In this document: piece by piece, positions 1-10,461 of the stretch
How positions within the stretch are numbered: position 1 is the stretch's first letter
How the letters are laid out: the number at the start of each line of letters is the position of its first letter
From: Hyaloraphidium curvatum SAG 235-1
Taxonomy: Eukaryota; Fungi; Monoblepharomycota
NCBI GenBank assembly: GCA_025558095.1
Contig: JAIVFI010000038.1
Coordinates: forward strand, 124,001 to 188,000
Direction: 5' to 3'
DNA: 64,000 nt
The notes under the pieces: generated by a model
Told to the model about the DNA's origin: nothing
The model's database searches: none
What the model saw: the letters and a program-made list of their open reading frames with translations, nothing else
Position numbers and translations under genes: made by a program

Positions 1-1051
1 GTGACCAGCGGGTTCAAGAGCATCACCCTCTTCACCCCCTTCGAGTCACCGTACGAGGTCTCCCGGGCCTTTGTCGACGACTGGGTGAAGCTATTCCCCC
101 GCACGGCCCTGGTCTTCATCACGAGGAAGGACGCGGCCAAGAGTGCCTGGTGGCGGAGCACCGCGGACGGGAACGAGACTCTGGCGCGGCAGGCGGCCTC
201 GTTCGTGACGTTCAAGGCCGAGGTGGACGAGGGGCGCTACGCTAGGGAGGAGTTTCCCGGGGCCGCAGTTGCGACGGCGTGGTTGGACTACGAGGACGTC
301 ATCAAGTGCCGTCACGGGCCCGGTACGCCGCTCGCAGGGCTATACGAGCTACTCGGGGAGACCTGGGATTCCGATCGTTGCAGTGCCGTGATGGAACACA
401 CTCTCGAGGACTATGGCATTGCGATGAGCGAGCTGGATTACTCGGGGATCCAGGTGGGTCGCCATTTTCGGTGCTCGAAGCTGAACCGAACTGACTTCTT
501 GACAGGGGCACAAGGGCTGGATGTACGGCTACAGGCTTATCATTCTCCCGCTGCCCGACGAAGGCAAGCCGATCGAGTTCGGCCCCTTCCACCCCATGTC
601 AGTGCAGAGAAACGTGTCGGGCATCATTCCTGACTGGACGGCGCAGCCGTTCCCCGCGGTTCCCGAGCTCATCTTGGGAGTCGCCCTGCACTTCCCCACC
701 ATCAAGGCCGGGAGGACGCGGGGCGCGGTTCCATGTCGGACATGGCGATCGGACGTCACCCTTTCCGCGTTTGCAGAGGTGACGATGCCGCCGCTCCTGG
801 CGCCCTGCAACGGCACCCATCCCCACTTTGGCTACGCCTCGGTGCTGCTCGTCAACGGGACGTACATGGCGTCTAGGAGGTTCGTCCTGGGCAGCGAAGG
901 CGGGAGCTTCAAGGTCGCGCTGGATCTTACGGTCGGGACCGAGGTGGAGCTCTGCGTGCTCCCCGACGTCCGAGGAACGGTGGGACCTACAGGGCTCTGT
1001 CAGCCTGCCCTCTCTCTCCTCTCTGTGATCAGGGCGGGCGGGAAAGGATAA
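1..1051 (+). CDS. 5'-truncated gene, sulfotransferase-like (Sulfotransfer_3-type C-terminal half) plus an unknown beta-rich C-terminal domain
   Basis: Frame 1 reads SGFKSI..FPRTALVFITR..AKSAWW..WLDYEDV..LAGLYELLGETWD, resembling the GFKEI/FP.ARFIF.TR/SxWW/YED/LF.FLGE pattern of bacterial-type sulfotransferases. A predicted intron at 454-505 (GTGGGT..CTGAC..CAG) joins it in frame to ORF 521-1051. Confidence 0.5.
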
Positions 1052-1086
1052 GGCGAAATCTAGCGTCTATCCCGTGGTCTGCATAT

Positions 1087-1780
1087 CTACAGCCGCGCCG
1101 CGGTCTTCTGGTCCGAATGGGAAGCCAAAACGGGGGCGTCGATGAACAAAGCGTCCAATTCCACGGCGTACTTCCGCGCTCGCTTGCCCTTCGGGTTCCC
1201 CGAGGCTTTGTCTTCCGGATCCGTATCGTACCACTGGTCCACCCCGTCCACATCCTCGACCTCAAAAATACCTCCACGGAGGAAGACCTTTCTACCCTCC
1301 TTCTTCAGAATGACGATGTTGAAGCCATATGTGGTCTCAAGCTTGACACCCCGACGGTAGGTGAGGTTGAAGAGGAACGTCCGGCAGTTTCCACGCTTCC
1401 ACTTCCTCCAATCGTCGTCGAGAGGGTGCGAGTTTGAAACCACTACGTTGACAACCATGCCGCAGATGGAATCCAGTGCCGCCGCGCTGATGCCCCCGTG
1501 GGCATGTCCGTGCGGTCCCATTCCGCCCGGCCCAAAGCGCAGCGCCCCGCACACAAAGAGAGGGACGTCGGCGCCGACCGAAGGTCCGGGAGTGAAAAAA
1601 GTGAACGCCCAGTTTCGATCCCTCAGGAACCATTGACCCTGGAGACACAGATGTGGGCGAATGGTGGGTTTCCGATTTCGTCCAGACTTATGAAGCACGT
1701 ACCCCATAGTAGGTTCCGTTGTTCGGATCGAGGCTGTCGATCAGATCCCAATCGTATCTATAGTGATGTTTCTCTGCCTG
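1087..1780 (-). CDS. Hotdog-fold acyl-CoA thioesterase (THEM4/PaaI-like) with C-terminal PTS1 (-ARL); 5' end uncertain
   Basis: FGPGGMGPHGHAHGGISAAALDSICG motif, then LTYRRGV and KEGRKVFL strands. A probable intron at about 1640-1701 (GTACGT..CAG) and an upstream exon KHHYRYDWDLIDSLDPNNGTYYG. The true start lies further upstream and is unresolved. Confidence 0.8.
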
Positions 1781-2335
1781 TCAGCGGAGTTTCGTGGCAG
1801 GATCGTCGGAGGAGACCCCACGAGATGATCCGCAGCTGTTGTTGCTCATGCAGCGACAGCAGGCGCGACAGGACGGGATCCTTGAAGGGAAAGAGGCTGC
1901 GAGCGCGTGGCTGGAGCCGCTCCAGGAGTAGAAACAGCGAATCGTCGACGTTCGGCGCCATTCCGTTTGCCGAAAGTTGAGCCGCGAGGCGAACAAGCAA
2001 ACACGCCCGATCGCAATCGGCCACGGTCGGATCGGCATCAGGGAGGCCTGGGAAGAGACCAAGCTAAATCAATGTCTGTCGTGGATGCGGCAGATAAGAT
2101 CATTTGAAGATGACCACGGACCTCTCGATTGACTTGATCGTTTTGCCACACGTGGGGTCGGATCGGGAGACGCCGGTCCCTGAAACCCTGAATCCCGCTC
2201 GCGCAATCAATCGGGCCGACGTCGGATCTCCCCCATGGCGGACGAGAAGGGTGCGCAACCATGTGCGCGCTCCTGTCCCGCGACGGGAGCGCTGATTTCT
2301 TCTCGCCTCGCTCGAAACATCGCAACTGTCACCCC

Positions 2336-3426
2336 ATGACTACAACCGCGGACAACACATCGGCCGTCACCCATACCGACCCGCTCCGTCGTCGTTCTCG
2401 TTGATGATTGGGACACTCACTTGCTCGGAAACCGCCCTAACTAACGGGCGAATGGCCGAACACTTCTTCTTGCCGCGCACACTTTCCAATCACTGCCTCT
2501 TGTCGCGAACAAGACTCCGCTGCTCAGAAGGCGCTGGAGCGCGCCGAGGACGCTCTCACGGCTACTGCTGAGAAGGCCAAGCAGGTTGGCGCCGCCGTCA
2601 GGGACAAAGTTAGCGATCTGGTCCCGGACGCGATCGAGAACCAAGTTGCGAATGTCACCAAGCATGCTGGATCGCTCTTCAGCGACTTCTTCGCCTTCAT
2701 CAACCGCGGAAGGTAAAGGAGCTACGGATGCTCTTGATTCCTACTCTCTGACTCTGGTTGTCTGAAGTGTTTTGGACCTCGCGATCGGTGTCATTATCGG
2801 CGGTGGGTGCCCTCGTGCCTTCTGCCAACTCGCACAATTCAAACCTAAAATTAGGTAACTTTACTGCCATCGTAAACGCTACGATTGAGGACCTTCTCTC
2901 GCCTGTGATCGCCTTCTTCAGTCCCTCGGGGGTGCGTTTCCCGTGGAAGAGTGTTGATCTCGCCCCACTAACATGACCGCTGGCTCCTGTCACCGTAGTC
3001 GACGCTCGGCAACAGGATCAAAGTTCTCCGCCCTGGTAAATCGGGCAAAACGACATACGAGACCCTCGAGCTCGCCAAGGCTGATGGTGCCATCGCTCTG
3101 GCCTACGGACACTGGCTGCAGGTTGTGCTCAACTTCTTCAGCGTCGGTCGGTGTCGCGCTTACAATCCAGCATCCTATCTCGCTGATCGCCAATCGAACA
3201 GCTCCCGTGCTCTTCTTGATCGTCAAGGCGTTCACCGCCAGCCAGCAGCGTTTCCTCGCTGCCAAGGCCGAAGAAGCAGCTGCCGTTGCTCCCACGACCA
3301 AGGCCTGTCCCGGCTGTTTGGAAGACGTCAAGGGTAGGAGACTTTGCCCGTTGATCGTTCCCCGTCTCACAGTGTCGCCGGTCAGTTGGCGCCAAGCGCT
3401 GCAAGTTCTGCGGAGGCGACGTGTAG
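2336..3426 (+). CDS. mscL: Large-conductance mechanosensitive channel MscL, multi-intron, with N-terminal extension and C-terminal CxxC..CxxC tail
   Basis: The spliced product reads FSDFFAFINRG-SVLDLAIGVIIGG-NFTAIVNATIEDLLSPVIA..YETLELAKADGAIALAYGHWLQVVLNF..LFLIVKA..TKACPGCLEDVK-VGAKRCKFCGGDV*. Predicted introns include 2713-2767, 2803-2854 and 3334-3385. The start ATG at 2336 is tentative. Confidence 0.9.
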
Positions 3427-3605
3427 GGATCTTCAAGTATCGTATGGATCTTCGTCTGTAGCTCTGGTAGAAGAAGGAAGACACTGGGCCTTGATTTGAG
3501 CGGGAGAAATGAAGGGGCTTGATGATCGCGTTGCTTCGCGGACGCCCGCATTCCGCCGCCCCGTCGCGTCGCGCCCGACTTTCTTCCTTCGTCATTCAGG
3601 CCACG

Positions 3606-5040
3606 ATGCCGCCTGGAGACCGCTTTAGCGGCCTTGCTCCCTACATTGTCATTCCGCTCGTCACCACGCTCTTTGTGTACGCGACCCTGCCGCGACCTGA
3701 AGCTTCTCCTCCTTCCGCTGGTACATATCTCGCGTGGGCCCGGACTTCCGAAAGCTTCACCTAAACTGAACGCCCGGACCATTTTCCTCCAATGGTGCTT
3801 CGTCGTCATGTAGCCCTCTCTCTACCTCAGACGTCTTTCGCGGACGCCAACGTCGACTCGCGGATACGGGAGGCGGTGGAGTGCCTCAAGGCTCACGGAA
3901 ACTTCAAGGATGGGTGCTGGTGGAAGCTTCGGCGTGACGTCGCCTTTGCCGTGTGTTGCGCAACGCGTCAGCGCCTCTACGGGCCACATTGACGCGTGGA
4001 CCCCGGCAGGCGCTGGAACACCTCGCGTCCCTGCCACCGGCGGAGCTTGCGGAATTCTCGTTTGTCAACTCGGGCAAGACGGACCCGTCGGGAGGGTTTT
4101 ACGGATGGACATCGATGGACCTTCTCGTACCGACCTACGAGTGCAACTTCAACACTCTTCGCAGGTTCGGGGAGACGGCCGAGTACAAGACCGGGGACGG
4201 CGGGAAGTGGATGTGCGGTGATCTGAACCAGATCGTTCGGAACATCGTGCAGTCGCGCAACCGCCCGGCAGAGGGAGAGAAGGCCAACCACGCGCCGTGC
4301 ATCGTCTACTCCCTCGGGTCCAATAATCAGTTCGGCTTCGAGGAGAGCGTGAAGAAGATGACTGGAGCCTTGTGCGACGTTCACACGTTCGACTGCACCG
4401 GAGCCTGGACGAATCCGTCGACGACGTTCCACAGCTGGTGCCTGGGAATCGCTCCCAAAACTCCCATGGTTGCCAATGGGAGGGAGGTTCCGGCGTCGAG
4501 CTACAAGAATCTTGTTGAAATCACGTCGGAGCTGAAGCACGAATACGTTACGATCCTGAAGATGGGTAGGTTGAGCCGCGTCAAGCGCTGCAGACGGTAT
4601 CTCACCCAACTTGTGCCTTCTTTTGCTCAGACATCGAAGGTGCTGAGTATACCGTCTTTGACTCCCTTCTCGTTCCCGAGAGCTCGCATCTCCTGCCCGT
4701 CGTCATCTTTGTCGAGCTCCACACGCATCTCATCGCCAAACTCGACGAGTTTCTCCCAGAGCGCTACGTGCAGCAGCAAAACTGGGTCAAGCCTCTGTGG
4801 GAGCTCTACAAGAAGCTCGATGCATACGGATACGCTTTGGTGGCGAAAGAACGGAACGAATGGAGCCCAAGGGACAGCAAGTGCTGCACCGAGTACCTCT
4901 TTATGCGCATCAAGGAGGTGCAGGGGATCGACTTGGGGACTTTGCGAGGCTTTGGTTCGGCGTGGAGGTCGGGGAAGGGAGGAGCCGACGGCGATGCGGT
5001 GGCCAGCCGGCTTGGAATCTCGGAAAAGTACCCTGGTTGA
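3606..5040 (+). CDS. Membrane-anchored SAM-dependent methyltransferase (METTL24/Methyltransf_22-like)
   Basis: N-terminal signal anchor (LAPYIVIPLVTTLFVYATL). Motifs GDGGKWMCG, CIVYSLGSNNQFGFE, DVHTFDC, and spliced ILKM-DIEGAEY, then VELH and CCTEYLF. Confidence 0.85.
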
Positions 5041-5230
5041 ATGCCTCCCCTTCCCCCCCCTTCCCCTTCCCCCCCTCGTCTTTGTCACTTGGTGTATACC
5101 CTCGATGAATCTACTCTTGCGGTGGAAGAAGTCTAGCAGATGCGCGCGGATCAATTTGATTGGATTCCATTGAGGTTTTCGCTTTACATTGCCTCCCTTT
5201 CACTCCTCATGCAAGACGCTCGTCCGTCCC

Positions 5231-6305
5231 TCACAACGCCGGGTTGCCTAGCTCGGCCAGCGGGATGGTGGCTACGCACAGGCCCCTGAACGACCCGATC
5301 CACAGCTCATTGCCGACGACGATGGCGCTCGTGCCGCCACCAAAGTCTTTGGTGTGCTGCTCGACCAGGACCACCTTGGTGTCGAGGGTCTCGGCGTCGA
5401 CGTGCGAGACGGCAGTAGGGAGCGGGGCCGTAAGGATCGTCTCGGAGCCGACGACCTGGAAAAGCATCGTTGATGACGACGGAAGACTTGCGCGACGCGC
5501 CGATCGCCCCCACCTTCATGACCATGTCGACGGTGGTGGCCGGGTGGCCCGTGACCAGCAACCCGCCGGACGGCGAGAAGCGCACGTTGTCCGGGAAGAA
5601 GCCCACGGGAGCGGCCGACCGCTGGTACGGCGTGCGGCCGCGCGACAGCTTGTGGAGCTTGCCGTCAAAGTAGCCGCAGATGTACAGCCACTTCCCGTCT
5701 ACCGAAGCAACCAGACCGTTGTCGCCGCCGATCTCCGAGCCGGGCACGAGCGACCAGCCGCGGGCCGGATCCCACTCGAACACGAAGCCGCAGGGCTGCA
5801 GGGCGCGCGCCTTGTCGAGCACGTGCGGGTCCTCGGCATCAACAGTGACGGTGACCGCGAAGCCGCCGCCGGGCAGGTGTGCGACGGCGTTGCCGGACTG
5901 GTTGTGCGGGAGCTCGACGCCTCCGATCCAGACCATGGTCGGCGCGGCGCCGGCGAGGTCGAGCTCGAACGCCTCGACCGAATGGCGGCCGCCGTGGTTG
6001 ACGGCGAGTACGTGGTACTTCTTGCTGCCGAGCGGCTGCACCGCGATGCCGTGCGACGAGAAGCGGTCAACCGGGGGTGGTTGCGCGCCCTCGAACGGCG
6101 CCTTCGCGGGCTTGGAGAAATCAGCGACGAGCGGCTGCGCCTTTTTCGACGCGATGTCGATGAGATGGAAGCCCCCCGCCACCCATCCATGCCCGCCCAT
6201 GTTCGAGGCCAGCACCACGCCGCTGCCCTCGAGGACAAGGAGGTCCTCGGGGTTGTTGAGCTCGCGGATCAGAGTGAACCGTCCCTGCTTGTCGCTGCTG
6301 GCCAT
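5231..6305 (-). CDS. Six-bladed beta-propeller lactonase/arylesterase (paraoxonase/SMP-30-gluconolactonase-like)
   Basis: NPEDL, FSSHGI, LAVNHG, GNAVA, GDNGL, FFPDNV and ELWIGSF motifs. One intron at 5456-5513 joins ORFs 5307-6305 and 5231-5467. Confidence 0.85.
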
Positions 6306-6791
6306 CGTTCGCGCGGTACCTATTTGTTGATGGATGTGGGAAGCTTTCTTCGCACGGTCGGACAGGGCAACCTGCTTCGACAGAGTGGTGTTTTGTCTCC
6401 CGTGTGGCTACGTGGGGCGATGTGGCGAAGTCGGGCTGGCCTAACGGAGTCAAGGTCAGCGCTCGACGCAATCGGGCGAGGAATCATCTCTAGGTGTACA
6501 ATGCTCGGTGGTATCCTATGTTATCACTGCCGCTCAATCCGTGCCGCGATACCCGTTCTCGATGGCGGTCAGCACCGTCCCGAAGCCGGAGGGCGTCGTC
6601 CCGCCGATCCACAGCTCCCCGCCTACAAAAGACAAGCGTATGTTGTTGGGCGACATCTATACATGTCATTTGGATGTATACCTACGACGAATCAACTCTT
6701 GCGGTGAGGACGGCGAGCAGCGGCCCAACTCGATTGGCTCCGCGGGCGACCTCGTCACTCGGCCGGCAACATCTCCCGTCCTCGCACAAAG

Positions 6792-9700
6792 ATGGCGCAC
6801 AGGGCGTCGAAAGACCGCATCGACGCCGTGACGCGGCAGCTCATCGGCGGGCAGGCTCGTCCCGCCGCGTCGCCCGTGGCTGGCGCGCCTGTCGCGGCAG
6901 GACGCGCCGCGCACCGGCTCCTGATTGCCAATCGCGGGGAGATCGCGATTCGCGTCATTCGAGCGGCCAAAGCGTACTCGCGCGTCGCTGATGGAGCTTC
7001 CGGCATCGTGACCATAGCGATCTACACCGCGGAGGATACGAAGGACGCCCTGTTCGCGCACACCGCGGACGAGGCCCACGAAGTCACATCGTACACAGAT
7101 GCGGCGGCCATCGTTGGGCTCGCAAAAGGTGTGGGCGCCACCGCTGTTCATCCCGGCTACGGATTCCTGAGCGAGGACGCGACGTTCGCGCGCCTTGTCG
7201 TCGACGCTGGCTTGACCTGGATTGGACCGTCTCCCGCACTCCTTGAGCTATTCGGGGACAAAGTTCGGGCCAAGAAACTGGCTAAAAAGGCAGCTGTCCC
7301 TGTGACTCGAGGGTCGGATCGCTCTTTCTCGGACTTCCCGTCTTTGCAGTCGTGGTTGGACGGGCGACCTGCCGAAGAGCGCCTTCGCTTTCCGCTCATC
7401 CTCAAGTCGACCACCGGCGGAGGCGGCCGCGGTATCCGTCCCGTCTTCCAAGCCGAAGAATTGCCTTCCGTGTTCGATCAGACTCTGAGGGAAGCCACAG
7501 CCTTCACGACGACTCCTTCCGTCTTTGTCGAGGAGTTCCTGCCTTCGCCCAAACATCTCGAAGTCCAGTTTTTGGGCGACGCCAAGGGCATCCGCACCGT
7601 CGGACCTCCGAGAGATTGTTCCATTCAGCGGCGGAGGCAGAAGGTGGTCGAGTTCTGCCCCCCGGTCGGACTCCATCCCCAGCTCGCGCAGCGATTGGAC
7701 CTCTACGCTGCGCAGCTTCTAGAGCACCTCGACGAACCGTACTTGGGCGCCGGGACCGTCGAATTCCTCCTCCCAGGACCTTTGGACGATCCAGATACCC
7801 CGATATTCTTCACAGAGCTGAATCCGCGGATCCAAGTCGAGCACACAGTGACCGAGATGGTGACGGGAATCGATCTCGTGTTGTGTCAACTCAGGCTTTG
7901 TCTAGATGGTGCTTTGTTGCTGTCTTTGCTCCCGCCATCCCTCCAGGCAACTGGAACGGCCATTCAGGCGCGTATTAACCTCCATCCCTCGACTGAGGGC
8001 GGTTCGGTCGTGGAGACCTACGTGGAGCCGATCGGTGCCGGCGTTCGTGTCGACTCGGGACTCGCCGTGGGCATGAAAATCAGCACTGCGTACGATCCCA
8101 TGGTGGCCAAGCTCATCGTTTGGACGGACCAGTTGGAACAGCCCGAACAGACTTCGGCCCAGAAGCGGCAGGGAGTCGTCCCGAAATCTACATCATTCGA
8201 GGCCGCGCGAAGGAAATTAGTCGCTGCTCTGGATCAGCTGGTCATTTCGGGCAAAGGTGTGCGGACGAACGTGGGGTATTTGAAGCAGCTCCTGAACGTC
8301 GAAGAGTATGTTCATGGCGACGCGCGCACGGATCTACTCGAAGACGACGCGTTGGAGGAGGTTTTGTGGCTGCTCAGTTCGACAGATCTCGATTCGGGCG
8401 ATCTGACCGTGGCGGACGGCGAGGACGTTGCGGAACCGGAGGTTGGGAGTGTCGTCGAAGTCAAGTCCGCCATTGCTGGCTCAATCACGGCTTCGTTCGT
8501 CGAGCGGGATCGCCCTTTCCGGAAGGGACAGCCGCTGCTGGTGCTGACTAGCATGAAGATGGAGAGCTTCGTGGTAGCGCCCAGCGACGGCTACGTGGTT
8601 GAAGCCGGTCGTGTCGGCAAAGGCCACGTCGTGAAGGTTGGCGATCTGGTTTGCTCTTTCCGCCCCGCTACTTTGGACGCGTCTATTCCTGCGGTTTCAT
8701 CGGATCCGCAGGAATCCTGGGCAAAGGAGCTGGAAGAGATCGATCGTCGGCGGGAACTTGGACGCCGCCTGGGCGGGCCAAAGGCGGTCGAGGCGCAAAG
8801 GGCCGCGGGTCGGCTGAATCTGCGCGAAAGAATCGATCTGCTGCTTGACCGGGGTACCTTTTTCGAGTTTGGGAAGACAGCCGGCCAGGGGTTCAAAGAT
8901 CCCGAGTCGGGGGCGCTCCAAGATGTCATCCCCGGCAACTTCATTCTCGGGACGGGCGAAATCGAGAAGCGGCGAGTCGTTGTCGGCGGAGAGGACTTCT
9001 CGATCCAGGGCGGGTCCCCGAACCTCGCCGGGCTTCGAAAGTCGATCTACACCGAGACCCTTGCCCTCGACTTGCTTTGTCCGCTCGTTCGTCTTCACGA
9101 AGGCGGCGGCGGCTCTGTCGGCGGTGCGGACAACCGCAGGGACCAGAGCAACGCCAATCAGTACCGGTCTCCACCGTCGTCGGCGTTTGAGATTCCGAGA
9201 TTCCAATCTGTGGCGCAGGTTCTCAGTCGGGTTCCTGTCGTCAGCGCAGCAATGGGCACGGTGGCAGGGCTTCCAGCAAGCCGCTTTGCCGCGTCGCACT
9301 TCTGCGTCATGGTCGCGAACGGCAACGCTCAGGTGATCACGGCCGGGCCGAAGGTTGTCGAGCGCGCGTTGGGCTACGTCACGACCAAGCAGGAACTCGG
9401 GGGTCCGGCGATGCATGAGCTCTCGGGTGTCGTGGACAATTTCGCGGGTTCTGAAGAGGACGCACTCCGTCAGATCAGGCGCTTTCTTTCCTTCCTCCCC
9501 TCCAATGTCTTTGAGCTTCCACCGAGGACGGCAGAAGTTGCCTCGCGGCCTCCTTCCGAACTGCGGGAGCTGGACTCGATTGTGCCACGGTCTCGGAGAC
9601 AAACTTTTGACATGCGTCGAGTCTTGCAACTCACCTTCGACGAGAACACTTTCTTCGAGATCGGAGCTGGTCCAAAGTGGGGCCAGACACAGATCACGGG

Positions 9701-10420
9701 TCTCGCGCGTCTCAATGGCTACCCTGTGGCGGTGATGGCAAACGATTGCCGCTTCCTGGCTGGCGCCATGACGGCTGATGGTGCCCAGAAGGTCTGGTTT
9801 TGCACTTGCACCTGGATTGCCGAAGACTTAGCCGATTCGCAGGTGACCCGCTTCATTGAGTTTGCCCACCAGTTCCGCCTTCCAATGATCTCGTTCGTGG
9901 ACGAACCGGGCTTCGATATTGGTCTCGATGCCGAGCGGGCCGGGACAATTCGATGGGGCACGAAAGCCGTCTTGACGGCGCAGAATGCTCGCATCCCTTG
10001 GTGAGGACTGCTGATTATGTGGTTGAAACCACATTCCTCACGTGTTTCTTGTGACCCAGGTGCTCGGTCATCGTGCGCAAGCTTTACGGGGTCGCTGGGG
10101 CGGTCCACTTTGCGCCGAAGGGCTACATCCTCACCTGGCCCTCATTCGAAAGCGGGGCTTTGCCTTTGGAATCGGGTGTCGCGGTTGCCTTTGCGAAGCA
10201 GATCGCGGCGTCTCCAGATCCCGAGAAGACCCGGATGGAGCTCGAGGCCCGCTTCTCGCGCGGACTGAGCCCGTTTCCCAGCGCAGAAGTCTTCGGACAA
10301 CATGATCTCGTCAGGCCCGCGGAGACCAGGGAGTACCTGGTTGCCTGGATCCATCGAAGCTGGCCGCTTTTGTCGCGCCTGGATCCGGAGACGGTCGGAC
10401 TGTTCGGGTACCGTGGATGA
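6792..10420 (+). CDS. Single-chain biotin-dependent acyl-CoA carboxylase (biotin carboxylase + BCCP + carboxyltransferase), about 1170 aa, with N-terminal PTS2
   Basis: BC motifs LIANRGEIA, HPGYGFLSE, GGGGRG, RDCSIQRRRQK and ELNPRIQVEH. Biotinyl motif SMKME. CT motifs RERIDLLLD, GEDFSIQGGS, AGPKVV, ELGG and FVDEPGF. Introns at 9792-9842 and about 10000-10058. Confidence 0.93.
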
Positions 10421-10461
10421 CGGTCGTGAGAATGATCATTCTATCAATCACATCTAGCACT

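Noticed and set aside
5044-5078. C-rich tract (G-quadruplex-capable on the minus strand), and a similar G-run at about 20811-20836
   Set aside because: Simple sequence that is common in GC-rich genomes, with no evidence of function.
6562-6791. Possible upstream exon (ATG 6562, GTATGT donor 6638, AG 6720) that would extend the carboxylase N-terminus in frame
   Set aside because: The acceptor lacks a convincing branch point and pyrimidine tract, and the frame match could be chance. RNA-seq is needed.
9990-10060. TGA at 10002-10004 in the carboxylase as a selenocysteine or readthrough codon
   Set aside because: It lies within a GT-AG intron (TG|GTGAGG..CCAG|G) whose removal restores IPW-CSVIVRKLYG.
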